Source: Auanema rhodensis (lineage: Eukaryota > Animalia > Nematoda). From it: a DNA stretch of 64,000 bases. Shown piece after piece: positions 39,638-53,600 of this stretch (the first letter of the stretch is position 1; every line of letters starts with the position of its first letter). The position numbers and the translations under genes are program-made. The DNA lies in NCBI GenBank assembly GCA_964057225.1, contig OZ059898.1, forward strand, positions 5,890,001-5,954,000, read 5' to 3'. Under the pieces are notes generated by a model that saw nothing but the letters and a program-made list of their open reading frames with translations, was not told the origin of the DNA and did not search any database.

Positions 39638-40054
39638 AGGTTATTAGATTGCAGTTTTTCTAAATTTCAGTCTTAGTAGCTATATATTATGTAGTTGTTA
39701 CGTAAAATTTTATAAAGTTTAATTAACTTCTTTATATTTTAAACATGCCGAATAAATTAGATAATCAAGACAGAAGCAAGTTATTTATAAGTTATATAAC
39801 GATTACTCGCGGATTTAGAGCAAATCTATTTAACAATAGATGATGAGAGACCAAGGAAAAAGATAAAGGCATATAATGACGATCGTTGTACAGAAGCCAA
39901 TATGTTGACTAACTTATATAAGATATTTTAATATAAATAAACTAGAGAAGAAATTGGAAAAAAGAGTGTGGCAACAACTACTGGAGTACCTAAGTAACAA
40001 TGAGATCACAATAAAAGAAGTCGACTTGACAAATGGCTATTTTGACTACGGCAA

Positions 40055-43000
40055 TTAGCAAACAATTCCTGAGTCGGTTTGAGGATTAGCTGTGTTTCTG
40101 AAAATAATGTAGTTATAAAATTCCAATATTTTTTTGATTGATGACTGCCTCAAGCAGAAATACGGCTCACGAAAAAACTGGAAGCCGGGACTGCAAAGAG
40201 ACAGACACAACAAAAGCCACGAAAGCACCTACCCATTAACCTTTGATCTTTCTTCACTTTCTTCTGATAGAAGATTTGAAAGTTTGATGTTAGCTAAAAG
40301 TATATTAAAATATTAATCTTTCTGTATGTTTCACATACAGCTTCCAAGAATTATTTCGTCTGGAGCATAAATAACATCTTGAGCATGATTTTCAGGAAGT
40401 TTATATTGAGAAGCATACATAGAAACTGTAGATCTAGTTAAACTGTCACGATCTGCGGAACGTTCCATATCACCTAAATAATAAAGTTTTAATAAAATAT
40501 AATTATATTCTAAGTACTGCATGAAGACTGAGATAGACGAGCATCATGAGGGATACTAGATTGAGGACGATGTGAACTATTGCTAGATCTTGATCGGAAA
40601 TTTACTCGACCCCTAAAATGAATAGTATTGAATTTGAATGAAAATTTCGACCTTACGGAGTTGTATTGTATTTCGTAAAACTGGTATCCATGCTCACAGC
40701 ATCATCGCCGTTTTCATACTTATACACCATAACATCAATGCTCTTTCTCATTTCATCTTTTTCTACTTCTACCATTAGTTGCTGTCGTTTGAGCTCTTCA
40801 TTTTGATGAACAAGCATCCTATAACAAGGAAATATGAAAGATTGTTGAAATTCTTTTTTTTTTTTTCAATTTTTTTTATTTCCGATGATTGAATTAAACG
40901 TTTTAGGTGTAGGGTCATCTATAAAAAGACAAAACGCTTGAACAAGTTAAATCGGACAAGAATTTACAGATAATAATCTTTCAACTACAGGATCAAGGAT
41001 CGAAATAGATGAATGAGACGAATTCTCATGTAAATGCTTGAAAATTCTGGATGATCGTATAATCAAATAAATATTTTTTTAGCAGCTTAGAGAAATTTTT
41101 CTATTTCTGCCTAAGGTGTTAGAACTTACTTTTCATAATTAATCTTCTGATCAAGTGACTGCTTCAATTCAGCAACTTTATGTTTCAACTTGGTGATTTC
41201 GAGGTCTTTTAGGGGAATTTCTTCGACTCTCAAAGCAATCTAAAATGAACAAATTATTTGTATTCTTCAATTTGTATTAAATACTTGTTGATATTTTTGT
41301 CTCAATTCCTTCATTTCGCTACTTTTCAATTCTAAAGCTGTCTGGAGAGAATTAATTTCTTTTGTCAGCATCTAGAAATATTAATTTTGTTCTTAAAATT
41401 CCTAAGTGAAATATGAAAACCTGATTTCTCTGATCACTATCGTTGGCAAGCGCATTTTGTAGAGCTACTTTATCGGCTTTTAGTTGTACAGCAACTTTCT
41501 CTGTTTCAGCTATTTTCTCATCTAATGCTCCAATGACCTTTTGATGACGTCGGCTCATAGCTTCAAACTCTGCTTCTTGTCGACTCTTCTCATCTTCAAG
41601 AGTTCTATCAAACTCTTTACTCTTCTCAGCAATCTGAAATTATTATTTATATAATGAAACTTGTACATATGTCTGTGTGTACATATATAATATAGAGGTA
41701 ATATTAAGAAAATGAAGAAAAAAAAGCTTTGAAAACTCACCAGATTCTCATGTCGTTCTTTCATACGATTAATTGTTTCATTATGAGATCGAGTAACTGC
41801 AACAATAATAGTTAAAAATGGAATAATAGCCGTTGTTAGAATTCCAAAATTCAGAGGAAATTTTTTTCTTGAATCACAGTCTGTTACGATAGACAACGCT
41901 GTGATAATAACACTTGACGCTGCGATTGTGATCACAGAGAGCCACCACTTTGAAGCAACTTGACATTTTCCAGCAAATGGTTTTTCAGCTTTTAACAGTG
42001 TCATTATGTAAAAGCTTGAATATCACACTGTTTTGATAATTCGTAATAGACAATAGAGACTGTCTTTAAAGAAATAGCTGAGTCGACTGGTTCAAAACCA
42101 AATATAGAAATCGAATATGGTGTGATCGCCGAACTATCCATCTCAACACGCCTACATTTCTCCTCACCTCACACGCTCAATTGTCTCACTCGCTTGAGGT
42201 AAGATTGCGAATGGATAAGATGACCAGACATCTTGCTTTTATGAATTTTAATGCCTCTTCAGATAGCTCATTCCCTCTCTAGCAATTATCCCTTTATTTC
42301 AATTCTTTCGATTTTGCAAATTCGTTGAGAAAACGATGGTATATCTTATGTTTCATCAAGCTATCGTGAGCTTCTTAGATTCAAACAAATATCCTTTGTG
42401 TGATCAGTCATTACTGTTAGAATTATACAAAAAGTGGAAACTCTTCAATCTACTAATTCACTTCCGGCACCCTCAAATCGGAACATACCTTGTTCAGAAT
42501 GGCTCTTTAAACGTTCTATTTCATCAGCACGAAGCTTTTCGGTTGCACTTAATCGATTCTTTAATTCTTTGGAAGTAGTAGTTTGAGATTCTGAAATATA
42601 TTCTTTTCTATAAATTTTCAATATCCTAAAAGTTAGAATTTTCAGAAAAAAACCATCGCTATTTGGTTTTGTGAATCATTGTTTTAAAAAAGTTATTATT
42701 CAATTGATAGATAGTAAATATGAAATAAAATTGTTACAAACCTAAGCTAGCTGTTAACTGTGATATTTCTGTTTCCATTTGTTTTATGACTAAACTTAAC
42801 ACATCGACAGTCTGAACTGCATGATGAAGACGAGCAAGTTTATCAGTTTCATCTGAAGGGAATAGATATAAATAAATTATTAAAGAATATAATATTAATA
42901 TGCCAACTTACTTAAAGACTTGGGCTTTGAAGTTTGAACTAGAGTTTGCTTACTGGTGCTTGGAGAAGAACTAACAGTGGAACTGGTACGCGGTTTACCT

Positions 43001-44007
43001 CCAGCAAAGGAGGATGTAGGATATTGAAGATTTTTTGTTACTGAAAAATTCAAAATTTATTGAAAAAAAATTTTTCTTACCTTTAGAGACAGAAGGTTTA
43101 GTAGTTGAGTCATTTGTGGGCGACTTGGTTGCCGTTTTAGTAACAGCTTTTGTAGGTTTTTCCTCTTTTTCTTTTCTCTCTGAAGAAAAGAAAGAATAGT
43201 ACAATTAGAACTTAGCAATAATTAAAATATACATACCTTTTGGTGGAGGTGGCACATATAATGGCTTTCGTTCTCTCTTAACAGTTTCTGGCTTTGGTGC
43301 AGGTGATACAGAAGTTGCATTGCTAGCTTTTAAAGGCTGCTTAGTTGGACGTGGAGTAGTTTGAGCATCGATTGGCATTTTTTCTGAAAATAGAATAGAT
43401 ATTAATAAATTTTCCGTTTCAATCAAAAACTACTGTTTAAACTGAGAAGCAACCGATGTATCAAAAATAATTTAGAAAAATGATAACATAAATTTGATTT
43501 TAATTTTTCATAAGAACAAAAACATTTAAAAGTTATTTCATTAATTATCCATAAATAACTGAAAAATATTAAAAAAAACAGAAAATAAAAGACCAGAATA
43601 AAGTTTTTGTCACTTGTATAACTAGTTTTGTAGGTTATCTACACGACAACACTATCTACCAATTCTAGTCATTTGGTGGATGAATATCAGAATTTTTATA
43701 ATTTTTATGTATATCTGGTTTAGATTTAAACATAATTTTGAAATTATCTGAATTTATTCTTTTTTTTTGTTGAAGAAGAAAAAAATCAAATTAGAGTGGA
43801 ACTGCCATTTGCTTGTAAGAAAAAAACTAAATAAAGTCGATAAAGAATCTATAAAGAGGCAAATACACAAAAGACATTGTTTTTTGACTGCCATATTTGG
43901 GATGCATTGAAGGAAGTTAAACTTTGGAACAAGAAGCTTTGCTGACCAAGTTGTATGGCAAGAAAACATCCTAACCTGCATACATGATGATTTATCTTGG
44001 CATATAA

Positions 44008-44045
<38 letters not shown>

Positions 44046-47000
44046 TGAAATGCTTATTTACAAAAGATAAAGAGGAAAAAGTTTAAGTCAAATGTGATAC
44101 TTCAAATGATATGTTCTTGTCCATAATAAAATAAAAACAAGAAGAAAGGTCATACTTTAAAGAAATGTAGAATGTATGTACGTTTACGAATACTTAGCAA
44201 AACATGCAACTTTGTCAAATATAATATAAGAAGACCAATTCTATATGCTATGCTGCCAGCTTTCCTATTCAGTTTTAAAAAAGCGGAAATGGTAAAACCA
44301 ACCTTTGGGTTCATTTTCTTTCTGCTTGGGTGCAGGTGGAGGTGGAGCTAGACTAACACGTGGTTTCGGCTCCTTCTTTGGCTTATTTTTATCTGCTTCA
44401 ATAGAAGCCTTCAAAGTACTTGAGTTAAGACTTTTATTTCATTTTTAAAATTACCTTTAGTTGTTCCATCATTATCTGATGTTTTGAGGGTGCTTTCTGT
44501 TTCACAGGAAATTTTGGAGGTGCAGGTGTGGCTGGGGTCATTGGTGCTTCCTTTCGACTAATCTGCAACATATACACAAAGTATTTCTTTCCTTTTAAGA
44601 CAACTTTCTTTCTATTTTTTAATTTTCGAAAGACTCTTATTGCTTATTTGCAGGTTTGTGCTCAGGTGTAAAGAGTAAATAAAGAGAACTATCGGACATT
44701 AGGCTTATTGAAACCTCTATACAAAGCCTTCTTCTTGATCATTTTTTCAATTAGCAATCCAGTTTTTTTTTTGAAAATCGAAATAAAATATAAACCTTCG
44801 GAGCAGGTGATGGCTTCTCTTTCGTGTCCATTATCTTTCCTTTGGTAATTTCCGGTGCTTTCTTCACAACTTCAGGTTTTGATTTAGTTTCCTGTAAGAG
44901 AAAGAATATAGAAAATTCTGAAGAACATTAAAGTTTGCAATACTAAACTGAAAAAAAAGAAAAAAATAGATATCACCGGTTGAATGTTTTGGAAAATATT
45001 TGAGAGGCTAAGAAACACTGATGCTATATTCCCTCGAGATTTCATTTTAGCTACGAGCTTATTGGGGGTTGGCATATTGTCTTGGAAAAGGGAAAATTTC
45101 AAAAAGTCGGCCAGTTTTGGCAAAATTAAATAAAAAACGAAACAGCAGAGCGGAAACAAAAGTTCTTTTGCTATTTGAAGCAATTGTCGCTAATCATTTT
45201 GAGCAATTAATGATAACAAAAGAATATAAGATTGATCATGCAAGAAAGTTATTTGGAAGCTATTATGATTGTTTGATAGAGCACAAATCAATATGCAAAT
45301 GATTAGTGAATGTTTACATATATTGTAAATCATGTCAACATAACAAACACAGAGAGGCTTAATAATAGAATAAAACGAGAATTTTGAGAAGGGTATTGGA
45401 AACAAATGAAATAATAAACATCATATCATATGGTTCAAAAGAAATATTATTTTTTTAAATTTAAGAAAATTACGTAAATACACGTTTTTGATAAATCTTC
45501 AAATCAGAATAGAAAGAAAAGTTGTGGGAATATAGTTTGAGAAGGAAATCTTATCCGCAGCGGGAATAATATGAAGTGGAGAGAATGAGAAGAAAGATTA
45601 TAAAGATGCGAAAGGACTTGTCAATGAGATGAAATGCTTAACTTCAGCCAAGAGTTTCATCTGATAAAACAAAAAATAAATAAATCTTTTGACTTATGTA
45701 TTACTTGTTTAGTCTGTTTTATTTTCAAATTATTGATTTATTTAGTTATTTTGAAATTTTAAATTGTGCATATGAAAGAATTCTAATAACATTGAGCAAA
45801 TAATGAAATTTGATATCATATATTCGCCATACAACGGGTCAAAGAAGAAGTTGAAATAATGTGTTAAGAATGAATAACTCCGAATTTAAAAACTTACAAA
45901 ATCTATGTTACATCTTTAGTTTTTTTTTTAAATAATGTTATAACTCACTCTTGTTGAAGTCTTATTTTGCTGATCCATCCGATCAGTATCTGCAATTGAT
46001 GACTGAGAAGAAGCCACAGCTTAAAAATCTCGGATTAATTTCAATATTAATTTTTATCATTTTTTTAATATTTTAAGATTTACCTGAATTTGATGCTAGA
46101 GAAAGAGTAGACGATGAGTGAGGAGCAGTTAGTGGAGGTTCAGGTGTTCTTTGAAGAGGAATTTCTACTTCAACTTTCATTGGATAGCGTTTAGACTCCA
46201 CTAAAGGAGTTAAAAGATCATCCTCGTCATCGTCATCCTCTACAACCGGAAGATGCTCAACTCCAATTTTCGATTTTTCCAGAACAAAAGACTCTCCAAC
46301 TAAAACGAAAAACAAAATTTATTGCAAGAAGAAGGATAGAACTAACGAATTCGTTGTGCTTCTCTTTTCAATTCCTCTTCGTCAATTATGACTAAATCTT
46401 GTGGTGCTTTAATGTTCATTAGATCTTCTTCTTGATCAAAATGCCCTTTCTGCAAGAAATATATTTTTTTAAAAATGAATTATTGAAAAACTTACTCCAG
46501 GTGGAACTATATAGGTCGCACTTGATGCTTGCATGTCACCTTCACCCCAAGAAGCTTGCGAGAACTAGAAATTTTGAAATGTTTGTATGTATTGTAAGGA
46601 GCAGCTCACCAAGGAATCATTCATATTAATTGAAGAAGTCTCAATTGATGACGTCAAGCTGGATTGCAAATCAGATACGTCAGATGGACGTTCTGGACGA
46701 AAGATGTTCGTCAGCTGTAGACTGGGAAGGGCAGAACGAGATAAACGCTGAAAAAAATATAATAGATATTGAATAGTGAATAGATTGTTAACAAGAATAT
46801 GTGTTGTGCCTGAAAACAAGATGATATTCTTCAAAAATCCATATTATGGGTCATGTTTCATGGTCGACTTTACGATTGAGTTATATGTACGTCTGAGCAT
46901 TTAGTTATGAAAAATAGCACAAAATAAGAAATATGAAAGATTTTTTGAATAAAAATTTGCTTGGTTAAGATGCTATACTCGTTTGAAGATGTTTGTTATC

Positions 47001-48996
47001 ATTCTTGATCAACAGGCGTTGAGAATATAATTCAAACATGAAGGTACAGACAAGCAGAATTTTAGGCAGAGATTAATTACTTGGATCATAGTATCTTAGT
47101 GTAAGAAAATGAAAAAAATAACTGTTACATTGCCATATAACATATTGTAAAATTTGAAAAGGGTTGATGTAGAAAGATCAATGTTTCTTATCATATAAAT
47201 TAACTAAATGATTTAGAAAAATTAAAATATGATCGATATAAACAAATTGTTCACTATAGAACAGTGATTTGAGAGAGAAAGAACGACAAGTGATAAACTC
47301 TAACTGAGATATCAATAATCTGTGTTGAAACGATGAGGAAATTGAGAGAGGGAAGCTGTAAAAATGCTTCTCAGATAGTTTTAGTTCAAAGCAATGAGCT
47401 GCCTAAATGATACTTGGTGTCATATCTATTGAAAGCTGCTTAAAAAATAGAACTTTGAAGCATTAAATTAATCAAACTTAATTTGTAGCTAAAAACAATA
47501 AAGAGATGGCAGAGGACAAGAGGGGTTGGAGCAGAGATCGGAACTGGGCTCATGATGTTAAGCTTTCAAGTTCATCATGAATGCAGACAATGTTTGTATA
47601 GAAGCTTAAAATTGTTAAATATAAAAGATTAACCCTCCACTTGAAAGAAGAACACAAGGTATTAACTTAAAATTGTTGTTTTCATGAATACATTTAGAAT
47701 TTTTTAATATTATTATAGTTAACATTAAAAATATAATTTTTTTACGATTAATGCATAATGCTGATTGTAAAAAATCATTTTTCACATTATGCTTGAGAAG
47801 AACGGTTGGATTTACGTGGGCAACGAAAAATATGTTAAGAACAGAGAGGAGATGACATAAGAAAAGTGAAAAAAATTGAAGAAATATTTTAATTAATAAA
47901 TACATTCAAAAAAAACGTTTGTTTGATTAATAGCAAACATTTGGAAGAAACAAATTCGATAACGAGATGATGTGTTGCTTAGAACTTTACTAGAACGAAT
48001 CATTCTCCTGTTTCATATAGGTTTTTGAAAAAGAAAAGCAAATAAATAGACATAAATATAAAAACATTAAGACTAGATGAGAGTAGAGAATAGAAAAACA
48101 TAATCTTAACGTGGAAGAAACATACAACAATTAAAATGAGTCAATAAGAATTGCAAAATAAAATTTGTTGAATAGGTTGACCCATTACATGCCGTGAGAA
48201 TTTGCATTTGAAACTTGATCATGCTGTGAATCAGAAGGACTGATTGACAACGTTTATCCCCAAATACACGTGTTTCAGAATCTTTGATTGCATATTATTG
48301 GGATTATTGAAGTTGAAGCTTTCACAAAATTATTAATATGATTATTACTACATATAATTATATACAAATTAATATATTAGATATTGAGCAAATATTAGAA
48401 AGAATTAATGCGATTACCTCACTGATTGGTTGATGCTGCGACAATGTCATCATTGGAACATCATCGGGCTCATCTAATTCAACCTGGAGAAGAAACTTGA
48501 ATAATAAAATAAATATATTTAAAAAAATCTGGTTTTTCACCGGCGTCGTTCCATGAACTTTCTATTTAATTGAATTTGTAGGAAAACAAATAAACTACCT
48601 TATACATTGGAGCGAATATTCCTCGTTCATGTGGACATTTAAAATATGAAACACCTAATTAATAATATTAAAATGAATCAATTTAGATTTTAGAAATATT
48701 ACCTTGATAAGTACCATTGTGTTTACCTGCAAGAGTTGAGTCTAACTCAATTCCACAGAATAAGCCATCTTTTCCATGAATGGAACCAACATAACGCAAA
48801 ATTCCTTCAAAGTATTGTTTTAAGAGTAACAAACTTTAGAATTGTCAGTTACCTGGACCAACTCCAGCTACTTTCACAAAGCTTCCAACATCAGCTGCTG
48901 TAACAACAGCTTTTGAACTAGAAGCCTGAATATAGAAATTATTTATTTATAAATCATATCCATAAAGGTTACCTTCGAAAGTAGTGATTTATTCAT
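40055..48996 (-). CDS. CAP-Gly domain protein with Pro/Ser/Lys-rich linker and C-terminal coiled coil (CLIP-like)
   Basis: Starts MNKSLLSK at 48996. The CAP-Gly domain reads VGSFVKV...GILRYVGSIHGKDGLFCGIELDSTLAGKHNGTYQGVSYFKCPHERGIFAPMYK. Low-complexity exons follow (46.7-42.9 kb), then heptad-rich exons (42.8-40.6 kb), ending NPQTDSGIVC-stop at 40055-40057. Exon use in the middle is uncertain. Confidence 0.85.
44011..44040. repeat. (TA)15 microsatellite, intronic
   Basis: Read directly from the sequence. Confidence 0.95.
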
Positions 48997-50626
48997 AATC
49001 TCCAATGTATCATATCAAATTCTAAATTATTTGCGTTCAAAACAAAACAAAAAGACAAAATAAAACAAAAAAAAAATAAGAAAATAATATCATAAAATAT
49101 TGTTTAAAAAACAACAAGAAAAAAGACACCAGTACAAAGTTCTGTAATTACTGATAAGAAACAGTTTAGATTGATAAATTAAGAAAATAATCATTTCTTA
49201 GCTTTTTTTTTTAAATATTGAATAATTTTAAAATAAAATGATTATACTATTTTCATTTAATATTATTATATTTTAATTATATATTATTATATATTATTAT
49301 GTGAAAATATCATAATTGGGTTAAGGATCAAGATTTATACAAAATTTATGATGATCAACTAAGTAGAATAAGTTGAAAAACTTTTATAATTTCATTATAT
49401 TTAATGAATATTGACTGAAAAGAAAATTACAAATTATTCGAAAAAAAATGTATGATTGAGAATAAAATGATGACAGAATTGGATAGATGATTGCAACCAC
49501 GGAGAATCACACTGCACAAGGCCTAATTAGCAACACTTGTCAAGTCAATCCTCCTGTTTGTAGTCACAAAAGATATATTTTTTAAATAAAAAAAACATTT
49601 AACTCAAAAAGTAAAAAATATATTTAAAAAAAATTGAACAAACCATGTTAAAAACAGGTTAATTAAAAATTATAATAAAAGAAAAAAAGTAATGAAAGTC
49701 ATCGGTTGTTGTAAGCATTGAACGAAAAGACAAGGTGGATCATGTGATGAAAAAAAAACAAGCTTATGTAGAAGAAGTAACATAGCCATGAATACGGAAA
49801 AAGAAATGCTGTGTTCAATAGAAGATCAAGTAACATGGTCACAAATTGAAATTGATTTTTGGAAAAAGAAACAACGGAGAAAAAAGAATTCTGGGGTACC
49901 ATTGATGACTTGACATGAGCTGGTCTTTCTTTTTTCTTCTCAATATATGTTTCTACTTATGTATATGTTGAATAGATTGTACATGCACTTTGATCATCAT
50001 ACATATTTGGTCTATTGGTTAAAATGGTTTATATGTAGAAATAGTTACACATACATATACTATATTTATACTGAAAACTATAAATGTTGTGAAGAAGAAT
50101 GAGTAAACGAGAGAAATATTTGCAAGAGAGTAGAGAGAAACGATGGAAGACTAGACGTTCTATGATGGAAGATGAGAGAAATAGAAACGAATGAGTATCG
50201 ACCACATGTAATTGCTCATATCCATTATGTAATTTAACGTATGTGGTTATCAAAACGGGTTAAATGCGGTAATTTCATACATAAATGTATTAGTTGATGA
50301 CAGAAACATGTAGAATATATTAGGAAAAAAGAGTTATTCTCTTATTTTTATATAAGAGCGAAGGAATATGAAAAAAAAACAATATTTTCAAAAATATTAT
50401 GAATTATCTAAAACGTGATACTATGTTTGGCATATTGAAAGGTGGTCGATGTTATATTACATAGAGAATATAGATAAAGACTAAGAAACTGTTTGCGGAG
50501 TGGATAATAAGACTAGATGAAAAATGAAAAAAAAAGAATAAAAACAAAAGAAATACAGGGAATTCATAAGTTAATTGATTATAAAGCGATACATGGAGAA
50601 GAGAGAACACAAAAAGAGTAAAGAGT

Positions 50627-50630
<4 letters not shown>

Positions 50631-50686
<56 letters not shown>
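50631..50686. repeat. (GA)28 microsatellite within a purine-rich tract
   Basis: Read directly; explains the SLSLSL ORFs on the minus strand. Confidence 0.95.
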
Positions 50687-50689
<3 letters not shown>

Positions 50690-53600
50690 GAAAATAGACA
50701 ATAGAGAATAGAGAATGTAAAAGAGAAAATTGAAGAGAACATAGAGAGAAAGAGGGATAACGATTGAAAAGGTATATATGTATGTATAGCAGTCTAGAAA
50801 ATCCTAGAACGAAGAAATAAAGAGGTAATATACTATGTAGGTAGACAGAGCATACAGGAAATTGAAAAAGATGAAGAACTAGTCTATGCAGATATTCCGT
50901 TAGCCTCATACGACGATTTTACTCGTTTGCCTTATACAACTATCTCAATTCATCTACAAACATTTGGGCTTTCGAAATAGTACATTACGATTGCTGGAAG
51001 ATCTTTCTTTTAATAGTAGTTAGAGACATTCAGATGGTATTCATCAGTTGCTAAGCCATCAAAGCAGGATAAATGAACCATTTATAGATATCATTAAACC
51101 GTGAGCTGCTTGCCAACTGACCCGTAATGTCACATGACCCTAAGGCTTCAAGCTTATAGAAGCAGGGCTATCTGATCTATTACAGTCACTACATAATATC
51201 ATCAAGAGGGTTTATGCGATTAATAAGCAACGATTCATCTGATAATATCTATATAAAGAGAAGATATTTTGTGAATATTCATAAGAAACTTTAGATATTG
51301 TCAAGAAATTTGAATAAAAACACCAACTTGACTCATTTATATATATAAAACGTTCATTACAAACTTTATTTTAAAAATAATCTTAGATAGAATCTAAGTA
51401 TAATTTGAGAATGAAATCGGAAACCGGAAATTGACGCAACAGTAGCAAAAAAAAATAAAAACATAAGAAAACAGCCAAATCCTATAAAAATAGAACGGCA
51501 TTCGCATTTGTTTAAGTTTATTTGGAATAATTAGTTTGAAGTAGATTTAGTTTCAATAAGTACTTTTTTTGAAACTCTATACATAATAGATTTGTCTGTC
51601 TGTTTTAGGGAAAAAAATTTGTGAATATGTATGTGTAAAAATGATTTGATATAGCTTCATACTGGCTCTGTTCCTGCTGGAAGCCTTTCAGTAGCTAGCC
51701 CGGAGGTTTCAATTACTCATTCTATGGATGAGAAATAGCAATGAGTCTAATTCCAATTCTTCAAAGTCTGAAGAAAGGGAATTGTAGAATATCTTCAGAC
51801 TTGACAATTCATGAAGATGAGTCAAGAAGACGAATGAATGTCAAAATAAAATCCGATGACCACATATGGTCAAGAATACAATGAATAAGTAAAAGTGCAA
51901 TCGAAATAGCTTGGAACAGTGCAGCTTTAACAACTAGTGAACCAGTAAATTTAATGATTATTTTCTCCTCTCTTCGGGGAAATAGATGTTGTGTTCAACG
52001 CTAACTAAATAGTAGTTTAGTAATGATCTAAACGAAAAAAAATACTTCGTCTTTAGTAAAAGCAAGTACTATATCTGATTTCCTGAAGGAAAATTTCTAT
52101 TTTCTTAAAGGAAATTGTTAAAGTTGTTACGACAAACTATTAAATAAGAAGCGACTGGAAATTAGAAACGATACGATTATTTAAGATTCTCTTTTAAATA
52201 TATTTTTTAAAGATATACCCGGTAACCCATGTATATTATATTTGAAAGAAAAAGAAAATATTGATATATGATGATTTTTAAATGAAAAACAAACGACCAA
52301 AGAATTTTCGATGCAATACAAGGATGACAATAACGTAATTTATTCCAAATATATATTCAGTTTTACTAAATATAAAGAATTTTTAATCAAATTTTCATTT
52401 TAAGAAATTGTCGTTCAACTCTTTCTGAGCATACATGATGAGTAAATAGTTTGTAGCAACAACTTAAAACGTTTAGCAATCGATTTTTAAGAAATAAAGT
52501 AAGTTTTTAGAAAATTCTTAAGTTGGAAAGCATGAATGTTCATGCTAGAATTTAATAGAAACCTAGTTGAGGGGAACTCAAATAAGTTTTTGTTCTTTCT
52601 TCGTTCAGCAATTCATAAAACTAGAATATATGATATTTTGCCGGAAAGGGTTATGCTGACGTTCTGTTAAAATAGTTTATTTGACAAAGAGAAAAAGAAA
52701 CGAATTAATATTGGAAAATCAATTACTTCATGAACAAATATGGCTTTTGAATCTTCAACTAGGCTAATATCTAACCAATATGGATAGTAAAATAATGAGA
52801 GAGAACTGAACAGCTTGAGCTTTAGTACTTTCATCTAATGCAATTAAATATAATAACTTGACTATATCATATAGCAAAACATAACAACATAAGAATTAAT
52901 GAATGTTTACAAATCTTGGTCATCGCATTAAGAATAGTATATGACAAGTTTGGTTACCAAATCGAAGCGATGACTGACTGACTTGAAAAGCACGAGGCAG
53001 AGCTGAGCCAGAGATACTCCGCTGTTTCCTTACATGGAGGCTTTGACTTCATCCCTTCTATTTTCTCTTCCATCCATCTCTCTTTCTCTTCTCGCGATCT
53101 CTATTTCTCTACATCTAAACGGCTGCCATTTCATGTGTCTTACCATTTCGTTCAGCTTTTCAGCTGACAGAGAAGCAGAGTAGGAACATCGATCGGAGAC
53201 AAAATGAGAAGCTAGATGGCATGCGTCCCGCCTCTTTGCAACCAATGCGCGATAATTCGGATAAAATGTGAGGCAGGATGTTGGGGGTAAATGAATCAGC
53301 TTTAGCGACAGCCGGCAGACCTCTGTACTGTCTTTTTTCCGGAAATTAGGCCAATAATGTTTTGTTCATGTTGGAGAAGAAGCGCAATCGTGATGTTATT
53401 TTGCTCAAGTGACTGCTCAAAAAGCGCATAAGCAGCAAAAAATAGATAATATGATGTTATTTTCGCAAAATGGAAAACTATTCTCAAATCCTTAAAGCAT
53501 ATGTCCTAAGAATTTATTTAAGTGCTTATTGCCTTATAATTTTCTTGTGGAAGTCATACCATTGTTGCCTCTGCAAGCTAATTAAGAATGCCGAAAAGGC

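Noticed and set aside
50452-50909. Two hydrophobic minus-strand ORFs containing SLSLSL
   Set aside because: Artefacts of the (GA)28 microsatellite and surrounding purine tract.
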